A DNA stretch of 64,000 nt. It comes from Deltaproteobacteria bacterium (GTDB lineage Bacteria; Myxococcota; Kuafuiibacteriia; Kuafuiibacteriales; Kuafuiibacteriaceae). The stretch is taken from assembly GCA_040218735.1 (NCBI GenBank), contig JAVJQW010000041.1, positions 64,001 to 128,000 on the forward strand. The letters run 5' to 3'. How positions within the stretch are numbered: position 1 is the first letter of the stretch; every line of letters begins with the position of its first letter. Below are positions 38,698-47,023 of this stretch, one piece after another. The notes under the pieces were generated by a model, which was not told the origin of the DNA, made no database searches, and saw nothing but the letters and a program-made list of their open reading frames with translations. A program made the position numbers and the translations under genes.

Positions 38698-40023
38698 GTG
38701 CGTCGCTGGCTGTTCCTCCTGTTGCTCGCGTCGGCCTGTACAACGACGAGCGCCGTCGACTCGCGCGGTGTCTCGCGGCTCGAAGTCCCGACGTCCGGCG
38801 AGGCGATCTACATCTCGGACGAACACGGTGGGAAGCTCCGCGTCGAGCCGAACTCACTGATTCGCTTCAAACGAACGGACGGATCGAAGACCCCGTGGGT
38901 GCGCGCGCGTCAGCTCCACGTGAACGGTCGCGGTGTCTTTCGTATCCATCGCCTCCAGGTCGACGACTCGAGGCGCGCGGAGGTCCACGGGCTCCCACCG
39001 GATGGCGTCGCGCTCCTGAAACGATCCAAACCGCACGACGCCGAGCTCGTCTCCGTCGGCGAGGTGCATAGGCTCACAGGCCCACGCGGATCCCTAGCGG
39101 CGTGGGCGACCGCGTACCTCGCTCACCGCGGCGACCTCGGCGCGGTCACCGACTCGTGGTGGGCCAACGACGACGGAAAGTGGCGCTTCTTCTTCCCGTT
39201 CGGCGCGTGGTCGACGCCGATCGACGGACGCGCCCTCGACGACGCAGTCCACAACGGCGTCACGGTCCCGGTGGGGCTCGCGTTCGCCGACATGGAGGGC
39301 GCCGAGATCAAGAACGTCAGCCCGAGTAAATCGCTCGCGCTGGTGGTCGGCGTCGCGGGGGTCGCTGCGGTGGTCGCCGCGCTCGCGGTCGCCGGCGCCG
39401 ACGGCAAACTCGGGAGCGGCGGCGGCAACTTCGCGGTTGCGTCGGCGGACGTCGCGGTCCACATGATCGGGCACGTCGCCTCGGCGTGCGCGGGCCGGTG
39501 CGAGGAGAGGAGGCGGACCCTCCCGAAGGGCGCGTTGATCTCCCCGATGCAGCACTCCCCCGACGCGGTCGCCGCGCGGCCGCTGTTCTCGGGCGTCGCG
39601 CGGCGTCGCTCCGACATCCAGGTCGTCGTCGCGAGCGCGGTCGGCTACGGCGTCGCGGGGGAGGGCGAGGTGCCGTCCACGATCTCCGGCGCGATGCGCA
39701 TTCGTGATCTCGTCGAGCTCGGCGGCGGCCTGCGCTACGTCGTCGGTCGCCCCGACGGACGTTTCATCGGCTTCGCCCGCGTGGGCGGCGTCTTCCACGT
39801 CGACGACGAGCACCGCCTCGCCGTCGCGCTCCTCTTCGACATCGGCGGCGGGTCCTCGACGCTCGAGACCAAGCTCAACACCGGCCTGCGCTATCGCATC
39901 GGCAGCGGCGTGAGCGTCGGCGTCTACCCGTTCAACCCGACGTACCTTCGCGTCGGCGCCGGGGAACAAGCGACCACGACGTGGTCGTTCCCCTCCACGC
40001 TCGAGCTGTCCTGGGCGTTCTGA
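38698..40023 (+). CDS. Hypothetical lipoprotein with C-terminal beta-barrel-like region
   Basis: Lipobox ASAC; amphipathic beta-strands and terminal ELSWAF (OMP-type Phe). Confidence 0.75.
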   Translation: MRRWLFLLLLASACTTTSAVDSRGVSRLEVPTSGEAIYISDEHGGKLRVEPNSLIRFKRTDGSKTPWVRARQLHVNGRGVFRIHRLQVDDSRRAEVHGLPPDGVALLKRSKPHDAELVSVGEVHRLTGPRGSLAAWATAYLAHRGDLGAVTDSWWANDDGKWRFFFPFGAWSTPIDGRALDDAVHNGVTVPVGLAFADMEGAEIKNVSPSKSLALVVGVAGVAAVVAALAVAGADGKLGSGGGNFAVASADVAVHMIGHVASACAGRCEERRRTLPKGALISPMQHSPDAVAARPLFSGVARRRSDIQVVVASAVGYGVAGEGEVPSTISGAMRIRDLVELGGGLRYVVGRPDGRFIGFARVGGVFHVDDEHRLAVALLFDIGGGSSTLETKLNTGLRYRIGSGVSVGVYPFNPTYLRVGAGEQATTTWSFPSTLELSWAF

Positions 40024-40024
40024 C

Positions 40025-42184
40025 TCAGAAGGACACCGCGCCGTTCGGCGGCGCGTTCTTCGACAGCTTCGAGATCAGGGTCGGCATCGGCTTCCCGTCG
40101 AGGCGTCGGTACACCATGTACGTCTCGAGCACGCGGCGGATGTAGCGGCGCGTCTCACGGTACGGGACGCGCTCCACGAATTCGTCGAGCGGCATCCCGG
40201 AGAAGCTCTCCAGCCACGAGTCCATCGCGCCGGGGCCGGCGTTGTACGCGCCGATCGCGGCCGGGAGCTGGCCGTTGTAGCGCTCGAGGAGCTGGCGCAG
40301 GTACCAGGTGCCCAGCCACACGTTCGACTTCGGGTTCTTGTAACGCGTCGAGTGGACGCGGGCGCGTTTGTCGCGCTTGCCGATTCGCTTCGCGGTCGTC
40401 GGGAGGAGCTGCATCAAGCCGCGCGCGCCGGCGTGGCTCCGCACGTACGGGCGGAAGTGGCTCTCGGTGCGCATGATCGAGAGGATCAGATCCTCCTCGA
40501 CCTCGTGCTGCTTGGACGCGACGTCGACGTACGACTCGAACGCGCGCGGGTACGCGTGCCGCCAGGCGCGCCACGCGTAGGGCTCGCCGGTCTCGAGGTC
40601 GCCGCCGCCGTTGGCGATGCGCATCCCGATCCGGAACGCGAGGTGGTGTGCCCCGAGGGTGTGGAGCAGGTCCGCGATCATCGTGCGGCCGCGTGTGTTC
40701 TTCACGTCGTCGAGCGCATCGTCGACGGCGGTCAGCTCCTGGAGCACCTCGCGGTTGAGCTTCTCGCGGTGGAGCGCCACGGCGCGGTCCACGCCGATCG
40801 GGCGCGATGGTCCCAGCATCTGGACGACGTGCGCGAGCGTCGCGCGCTTCGGCTTGGCGGGCGGCGGGTCGAGGACGGTGACCTCACCGAGCTCCTCGAG
40901 CCGCGCCATCGACCAGAACCCGTAGTACGAGAGCGGCTTGCTCCGGAGGACCTCGCGGTATTCGGCCTTCGCCTCCTCGATCTGCTTGTTCTTGTGGTGG
41001 ATGCGCCCGAGCCAGTAGCGCGCGTGCGGGACGAGCGTGCTCGTGGGGTGCTCCTCCATCAGCTGCGTGAACGCGCGCCGCGACTTGCCTTCGTCCTGTC
41101 CGAGGTACGCCGACCAGCCCGCGTACCAGAGCGCTTCGGTGCGGCGGCGATTCTTCGGGTACTTCTCGGCGAACCGCAGCATCCGCCGCGTCGACTCCGC
41201 GTAGTTTCCCGCGTTGTACGGTATCCACCCCGCGAGGTACTCGCCGGCCGCGGCGTCGCGGCTCTTGGGGAACTTCTCGCCGAGCTCGTCGAACCACTTG
41301 ATCGCGACGGCGTCCTCGTCCTTCGCCATGCCGATGCGACCGAGGCGGAAGAGGATCTCCGGGCCGTCGCTCGCGTCGAGCCCGGCTTTGACGAGCCGCT
41401 CGAGGACTTCGCGCTCGTCGTCCCGGCGGCGCTGTCGTTCGAACATCTCGGCGCGCAGCCGATCGATCCGCGGCAAGAGCGACGGCGCCGCGCGCTCGAG
41501 CTTCTTCATCGCGGTTTCGGCCTGGGTGAACGCCCGTGAGCGGATCAACGTGCGGATGCGCGACAGCTCGAGCCGGTTGCTCGTCGTCGGCACCTTCACG
41601 CCGTCCTTCGACAGATCCGCGAGGAGCCGATCCGCGCCCCGCGCGGCGGACGCCGTCGGGAAGTCGAGCAAGAGCTGCCAAGCCTGCTCCGCGGCCTCCT
41701 GCTTCTTGCCGGTCTTCGCGAGGACCTGCGCGCGCGTCCACATCAGGTCCGGCTTGCGGGCGATGCGGCGGATGTCCAACAGCGCGTCCACGTACTCGAG
41801 CTGCAGCGTGTGCTCGCCGAGCTCACCGAGCACGTTCACCAAACCGCGCGCCGCGAGGAGCGCGATCCGTTCGAGCTGCGCGTGTTCGATCGCTTCGAGG
41901 TACGCCTTCTTCGCGGCCTTCTTCTGGCCGAGCGCCATCAGCGCATCACCGCGGAGGAGGGCCTCGCGGTCCTTCAGCAGATCGAACTTCGACTGGGACA
42001 GCGCCTTCAGGGCGTCGGCCGGACGGCCGCGGTCGAGCGCCTTCTTCGCGAGGGCGTACGGCCTCGCCGATCCGGGGAGCGGCTTTTCGATCCCCGCCTG
42101 GCGGACCTCGAAGTCGAGCGGTCCCGCGAGGGCCGTCGTCGAGAGCAATCCGGCGGCGAAGCCGATGAGCGCGAAGCGACCCAA
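40025..42184 (-). CDS. Soluble lytic transglycosylase (Slt family) with TPR repeats
   Basis: IMRTES, GARGLMQL, AYNAGPG, ETRRY; signal peptide. Confidence 0.93.
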   Translation of the reverse strand: MGRFALIGFAAGLLSTTALAGPLDFEVRQAGIEKPLPGSARPYALAKKALDRGRPADALKALSQSKFDLLKDREALLRGDALMALGQKKAAKKAYLEAIEHAQLERIALLAARGLVNVLGELGEHTLQLEYVDALLDIRRIARKPDLMWTRAQVLAKTGKKQEAAEQAWQLLLDFPTASAARGADRLLADLSKDGVKVPTTSNRLELSRIRTLIRSRAFTQAETAMKKLERAAPSLLPRIDRLRAEMFERQRRRDDEREVLERLVKAGLDASDGPEILFRLGRIGMAKDEDAVAIKWFDELGEKFPKSRDAAAGEYLAGWIPYNAGNYAESTRRMLRFAEKYPKNRRRTEALWYAGWSAYLGQDEGKSRRAFTQLMEEHPTSTLVPHARYWLGRIHHKNKQIEEAKAEYREVLRSKPLSYYGFWSMARLEELGEVTVLDPPPAKPKRATLAHVVQMLGPSRPIGVDRAVALHREKLNREVLQELTAVDDALDDVKNTRGRTMIADLLHTLGAHHLAFRIGMRIANGGGDLETGEPYAWRAWRHAYPRAFESYVDVASKQHEVEEDLILSIMRTESHFRPYVRSHAGARGLMQLLPTTAKRIGKRDKRARVHSTRYKNPKSNVWLGTWYLRQLLERYNGQLPAAIGAYNAGPGAMDSWLESFSGMPLDEFVERVPYRETRRYIRRVLETYMVYRRLDGKPMPTLISKLSKNAPPNGAVSF

Positions 42185-42193
42185 ACCCGAAGA

Positions 42194-42862
42194 CTAAAGG
42201 TTGATGATGCCCTGACGAATTCCCTCGGTGACGGCTTCCACGCGGTTCGTCACGTCGAGCTTCTCGTAGATGTGCTCGAGGTGCGTGCGGATCGTGGCCT
42301 TGGACAGCCCGAGGACCTTCGCGGCTTCGTTGTTGGAGAGCCCCTTGGCGATGATCTGGAGGATCTCCAGCTCGCGGTCGGTCAGGACGCTCTGCACCTC
42401 ACCCGGCGGGCGCTCGAAACCGTTCGGCCGGTCGTTCACCGACGCGCCGATCAGCCGGAGCAGGGCGCGCGCGAGGTTCGGCTGAATGACCGCGCCTCCC
42501 GCCTTCACGTCCTTGATGCCCTCGACGATCTTCTCCACGGGCGTCCCTTTGAGCAGGTAGCCGGCCGCACCGGCCGCGATGGCCTCGGTGACCTTCTCCT
42601 CCTCGTCGAAGATCGTGAAGATCAGGATCTCGATTTCGGGGTGGCTCGCCTTCACCTTCTTGGTGACGTCGATACCGCTCATCTGCGGGAGCCCCAGGTC
42701 CAGCAAGAGGACCTCGGGTTTGCACTCTTCGATCTTCTCGAGCGCGGATTCGCCCGAGAGCGCCTCACCGACGATCTCGATCTCGTCGAAGGTCTCTAGG
42801 AGCTTGATTTGGGCCTTGAGGATCTTCGGCTGATCCTCCACGACAAGTACTCGGATTCCCAT
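42194..42862 (-). CDS. NarL/LuxR family response regulator
   Basis: VVED, LLDLGLP, GYLLK; LTDRELEIL...GLSN...TIRTH HTH. Confidence 0.95.
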   Translation of the reverse strand: MGIRVLVVEDQPKILKAQIKLLETFDEIEIVGEALSGESALEKIEECKPEVLLLDLGLPQMSGIDVTKKVKASHPEIEILIFTIFDEEEKVTEAIAAGAAGYLLKGTPVEKIVEGIKDVKAGGAVIQPNLARALLRLIGASVNDRPNGFERPPGEVQSVLTDRELEILQIIAKGLSNNEAAKVLGLSKATIRTHLEHIYEKLDVTNRVEAVTEGIRQGIINL

Positions 42863-42891
42863 TCGATCCCCGATCCGGCGGTCACCGCGCC

Positions 42892-43845
42892 ATGCAGCGT
42901 CCTACTTCACGAGCATATCCCGCGAAGGGCACCGGTCACAACCTTTCGTCCGATGGACTGGTTCTCGGCGCCCCGAAGCGCGACGCGCAGCTACGTCTGC
43001 ACCTCGATCGCTTCCTGGCCGACGTCGACCCGGCGGTCGTCGCCGCCAACGATCCGGTGAGCCTCGTTCGCCCTTACTCCGATCCGCACGACCGCGAAGT
43101 CGCGGGGTTCTTGGTGGCGATGCTCGCGTACGGACGGGTCGCGAGCATCATCGCGACCGCGCGGCGGGCACTCGACGCGCTCGGTCCGCACCCCGCGAAG
43201 GCGGTCGATGGCGGACGCCGCGCGAAGAAGCTCGACGGCTTCGTCTATCGCTTTCAGAAGAACGACGATCTCGTGCGCTTCCTGACCGCGGTGAAGCGCG
43301 TTCGAAAGAAGTACGGGAGCCTCGGCGCGGCGTTCCTCGCGAACGACGCCTTGGGCACGGACTACGCCGACACGATGGCGCGGTTCGTCGACGAGCTGCT
43401 CGCCGCCGTCGACGGTCCGCCTTCGAACGGCCTGAAGTTCCTGCTGCCGAACCCGGCGCGCGGGGGGGCGGCGAAGCGGTTGTGCCTCTACCTGCGGTGG
43501 ATGGTGCGGCCGGACGACGGCGCGGATCTCGGGACTTGGCGAACGCTTGCGCCAGGCGTCGATACCTCGCGGCTCGTGATTCCGCTGGACACGCATATCG
43601 CGCGGATCGGGCGTTATCTCGGACTCACAGATCGCGCTACGGACAACCTGATCACCGCCCGGGAGATCACATCTGTGCTCCGGCGGCTTCGCCCTGGCGA
43701 TCCGCTCGCGTACGATCTGGCGCTGTGTCACCTGGGGATCGGCGGTCAGTGTCCGCGGCAGCGCGACGTCGTGCTGTGTCGCGCGTGTCCGATTCGGGCG
43801 GTGTGTCGGCTCGGTCCGGAGCCGAAGGGCTGGCGAAGGCGGTAG
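42892..43845 (+). CDS. TIGR02757 family protein (HhH/endonuclease III-like) with C-terminal Cys cluster
   Basis: LAYGRV, KRLCLYLRWMVR, LVIPLDTH, DPLAYD; C-terminal CPRQRDVVLCRACPIRAVC; start uncertain. Confidence 0.88.
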   Translation: MQRPTSRAYPAKGTGHNLSSDGLVLGAPKRDAQLRLHLDRFLADVDPAVVAANDPVSLVRPYSDPHDREVAGFLVAMLAYGRVASIIATARRALDALGPHPAKAVDGGRRAKKLDGFVYRFQKNDDLVRFLTAVKRVRKKYGSLGAAFLANDALGTDYADTMARFVDELLAAVDGPPSNGLKFLLPNPARGGAAKRLCLYLRWMVRPDDGADLGTWRTLAPGVDTSRLVIPLDTHIARIGRYLGLTDRATDNLITAREITSVLRRLRPGDPLAYDLALCHLGIGGQCPRQRDVVLCRACPIRAVCRLGPEPKGWRRR

Positions 43846-43853
43846 AACGTTCG

Positions 43854-44747
43854 ATGCGTTGGGGATGCCTCCTGCTCTGCGTGGCCGCGTGTTCGCCCGG
43901 CGTTGGCCGCGAGCCGGAGTTCCCGGACGGCGGCCCGGTGCGCGACGTCGGTCCGCGTGACTCGGGCCCCGGTCGCGACGCCGGCTTCCGCGACGGCGGT
44001 CGCCGCGACGCCAACGTCACCGTGCGCGACGGTGGTCCGCCCGCGATGTTCCCGTTCACGGGCATCTTCGAGATCTACGACAGCGCGCAGACGCTCTACG
44101 CGCGCGAGCTCGACGGTGAGCTGATGCTGATCGTCGACGCGCCGCCGTACATCTTCGTCGGAACGATCGACGCGGAGGGGCGCTTCGACCTGACGTCTCC
44201 GGTGTTGGATGCGAGCGGCTGCAACCGGCCGAGCATCACGGGTGAGTACGAACGGACGAGCACGCTCTACCGAATGGATTATCGCGCGTGCAACGGGCAG
44301 CTCCAGGTCATCGAGGCGGAGCTGCGCGGGTTGTTCTTGAACGACTACGACCACCAACGCAGCGGCGTCTACGAGGTCGACGCCACCATCTTCCGAGACA
44401 CGACGGGCTGCTGGACGGGCAACGCGACGACCACGGGCTGGCGGTGGGCGACGTTCTTCCTCGACGCCGGCAACACGGCGATCGTCTTCACCGCGACGGA
44501 CTTCGTGGACCCGCCGAACGTCTACGTCGGCACGTACACCGGCGGCTCGTTCGCCTACACCGCGACGCACTACGTGACGGCGAACGTGAACGGCGAGCGC
44601 TACGCGATGTCGGGCGGCTTCACGCAGCCGACGCTCAACGATCCGCTCGTGATGTCCGGGATGCGTGACGTCTACAACCCGAGCGGCCCGAACGGCCCCT
44701 GCTTCTTCACGATCAACTACGCCGGCGAGCGCGTCGCGTCGCCCTGA
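43854..44747 (+). CDS. Hypothetical lipoprotein
   Basis: Lipobox VAAC; RDGG/RDAG linker; beta-rich domain. Confidence 0.8.
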   Translation: MRWGCLLLCVAACSPGVGREPEFPDGGPVRDVGPRDSGPGRDAGFRDGGRRDANVTVRDGGPPAMFPFTGIFEIYDSAQTLYARELDGELMLIVDAPPYIFVGTIDAEGRFDLTSPVLDASGCNRPSITGEYERTSTLYRMDYRACNGQLQVIEAELRGLFLNDYDHQRSGVYEVDATIFRDTTGCWTGNATTTGWRWATFFLDAGNTAIVFTATDFVDPPNVYVGTYTGGSFAYTATHYVTANVNGERYAMSGGFTQPTLNDPLVMSGMRDVYNPSGPNGPCFFTINYAGERVASP

Positions 44748-44754
44748 CGGACGC

Positions 44755-44785
44755 CCGAACGAATTTCGGACGAACGCCGAACGCC
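44755..44785 (+). repeat. Three 11-bp-phased CG(G/A)ACG(A/C)(A/C) direct repeats
   Basis: CGAACGAA 44756, CGGACGAA 44767, CGAACGCC 44778, upstream of the RCC1 gene. Confidence 0.5.
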
Positions 44786-44840
44786 GGGGCAGACGGCGGG
44801 GAGCGTTGACTGGGCCCGGGTCTTGCGACAGGACCGAGCC

Positions 44841-46550
44841 GTGTTGCGATCGTATTCGGTAGCGGTGGCCGCCGCGTGGTCCGTGGCCTGCGGGGCCGTC
44901 GTCGTCCCGCCCCAGGAGGGACGTGACGGAGGCGCTCTCGACGGCGCCATCGAGGACGCGGGTCATCGAGACGCGGGCGCTCCAACAGACGGTGGATCTC
45001 CCGACGCGGGGATCGGCCGTGACGGCGGAGCGCGGGATGGCGGCGTCGAACGCGACGCGGGCGAACGCGACGCCGGACCTCCTCGGGACGGCGGGCCGCG
45101 CTCATTTCAGCTCACGGTGGTGAAGCCTGGACCGGGTCCTGCCGTCGTCCTGTCGGATCCGCCCGGAATCGACTGCGGAGCCGTCTGTAGCTTCAGCTTC
45201 ACGGAGGGGACTTTGATCCGTTTGGCTGCGTCGCCCGATCGGAAGGCGAGGATCGTCGAATGGAGCGGCCCCTGTTCGGGGCGAGACGGCTGCGACTTCT
45301 CACTCGACGGCGACACCACCGTCACACTGTCCGTAGAGATTGAGCCTTCGCTTGCGCTCGGCGCTGGCCACTCTTGCACGGTGAACCATGAAGGCCGTTT
45401 GAGGTGCTGGGGCGCCGGCCTCGCTGGACGTCTTGGGCACGATAGCGAAGCCTCGGTGGGCGCAGTGAATTCCGTATCCATCCAGGCCGCGGGCGACATC
45501 ATCGTGGGTGCGCCGGTCCTAGACGTGGGTGCGGGCACGTACAACACGTGCGCCATTACGGACACGCGCGCGCTTCGGTGCTGGGGAGGGAACAGCTATG
45601 GCCAGCTCGGCTACGGAACGGTCGTCGACGTTTCGGATGGTCTCGGACCGACGATCGTTCAAGCGGGCGATGTCCCCGTTGGGGGCTCGGTACGGAAGGT
45701 GGTCGGTGGCTTTCAGCATACCTGCGCCCTGCTGGAGTCGGGTGCAGTTCGCTGTTGGGGGCGTGCGTCGGAGGGGCAACTGGGCTACGGCGACACGACG
45801 CAGGTCGGCGACGGTGTCGGGCCATCGATTGGCGTCGCTGGTGACGTGCCGCTCGGATTCCTGGCGATAGACCTCTGCGCCGGTCGATTTCACAACTGCG
45901 CCGTCTCGACAACCGGTTCCGTTCGTTGCTGGGGCCACGGCCTGGAGGGCCAACTTGGCCAAGGGAGCGTGACGACTATTGGTGACGGCATCGGACCGTC
46001 GATCGTTGAAGCCGGAGATGTGCCTATCGGTGGCCCTGCTGTGCGCGCCATCGAATGTGGAGCGACGCATACGTGCGCGACGACGACGGCCGATATGACT
46101 CGCTGTTGGGGCGCCGGCGCTTCCGGTCAATTGGGCTACAACGACACGCTCAACGTTGCGGATGGCGGACGGACCATCGGGCAAATGGGTGCCGTGCCGG
46201 TCGGCGGCGCAGTCGCGCGAGCGTACGCAGGTGGCGCGCACTCCTGCGCGCTGATGGTGTCCGGTGCAGTTCGATGCTGGGGCAACGGCCTCTACGGCCG
46301 TCTCGGGTACGGCGCGACCGAGAACGTCGGCGATGACGTCACGCGCTCGATTCAGCTGGCCGGTGATGTACCGATCGGAGTCGCTGCCGTGAGTCTCTCC
46401 GTTGGAACGGGAGCCCACAGCTGCGTCATCACGGAGTTCGAAACGGTACGCTGCTGGGGTTCGGGCGCGACCGGTTACGGAATCGACATGAACGTGGGCG
46501 ATGGGACGGGGCCATCGATCGTTCAAGCTGGCGACGTCGCCGTCTGGTGA
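44841..46550 (+). CDS. Lipoprotein with InlB-B-like repeat and RCC1-like beta-propeller (paralog of 32033..33919)
   Basis: Lipobox SVAC; DPPGIDCG...C; about 7 H(S/T/N)C...RCWG...G(Q/R)LG...GDVP repeats. Confidence 0.88.
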   Translation: MLRSYSVAVAAAWSVACGAVVVPPQEGRDGGALDGAIEDAGHRDAGAPTDGGSPDAGIGRDGGARDGGVERDAGERDAGPPRDGGPRSFQLTVVKPGPGPAVVLSDPPGIDCGAVCSFSFTEGTLIRLAASPDRKARIVEWSGPCSGRDGCDFSLDGDTTVTLSVEIEPSLALGAGHSCTVNHEGRLRCWGAGLAGRLGHDSEASVGAVNSVSIQAAGDIIVGAPVLDVGAGTYNTCAITDTRALRCWGGNSYGQLGYGTVVDVSDGLGPTIVQAGDVPVGGSVRKVVGGFQHTCALLESGAVRCWGRASEGQLGYGDTTQVGDGVGPSIGVAGDVPLGFLAIDLCAGRFHNCAVSTTGSVRCWGHGLEGQLGQGSVTTIGDGIGPSIVEAGDVPIGGPAVRAIECGATHTCATTTADMTRCWGAGASGQLGYNDTLNVADGGRTIGQMGAVPVGGAVARAYAGGAHSCALMVSGAVRCWGNGLYGRLGYGATENVGDDVTRSIQLAGDVPIGVAAVSLSVGTGAHSCVITEFETVRCWGSGATGYGIDMNVGDGTGPSIVQAGDVAVW

Positions 46551-46556
46551 TGCGGT

Positions 46557-46874
46557 TCAGTCGGGCACGGTGCAGAGGTTGACCCAGTCCTGCGCAATGT
46601 TCTGGCAGTGCGCCTCGCCGTTCTCGTCTCTGAACCAGTTGGGCCACGTCGTGCTGTCCGGGACCTGCGCCGACCAGTAACACGGGTGGCACAGCGGCAG
46701 GTCGGCCTGCCAGCCTCCGCTGCACGGGTCGATCGTGGCGCCCTGCGAGGGCGAGCCAACTTCCCAGCCGGGCAGGAAGCCCGGGCAGCAGTCGCCGAAG
46801 GCGTACGGTCGGACGTCCTCGGGGGGACGGCCGATGAGCTGCTCACCCTTCTGGTTCAGCGGTTTGATCGCCAC
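46557..46874 (-). CDS. qhpC: Divergent quinohemoprotein amine dehydrogenase gamma-subunit-like peptide (105 aa)
   Basis: IKPLNQK leader, C-x8-E in CCPGFLPGWEV, QADL, PCYWSAQVPD, WPNW, DWVNL all match the QhpC pattern as recalled. It is the C-terminal part of the 46557..47309 ORF; GTG start at 46874. Confidence 0.8.
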   Translation of the reverse strand: MAIKPLNQKGEQLIGRPPEDVRPYAFGDCCPGFLPGWEVGSPSQGATIDPCSGGWQADLPLCHPCYWSAQVPDSTTWPNWFRDENGEAHCQNIAQDWVNLCTVPD

Positions 46875-46925
46875 GGTCCGGGAGTATCCGCGGTTGGGGC
46901 GAGGGATGCAATTGGATCGGCGGGG

Positions 46926-46964
46926 CCCGGACGATTCGTCCGGGTTCGTCCGGATGCGTCCGGC
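46926..46964. repeat. Palindrome plus three 10-bp-phased direct repeats upstream of the qhpC-like gene
   Basis: CCCGGACGA-T-TCGTCCGGG (46926-46944); TTCGTCCGG 46935, TTCGTCCGG 46945, TGCGTCCGG 46955. Confidence 0.6.
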
Positions 46965-47023
46965 GCGAGGCGCGTCGGCGCGGCGCGGGCGGAACGGTCG
47001 GGTTCGGCCCGAGTCTTGAAGAT

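Noticed and set aside
44748-46964. Short repeats and RCC1 repeats as a CRISPR array or DGR template/variable pair
   Set aside because: No 23-47 bp identical repeats with unique spacers; no cas or reverse transcriptase gene; RCC1 repeats differ at many positions, not only adenines.
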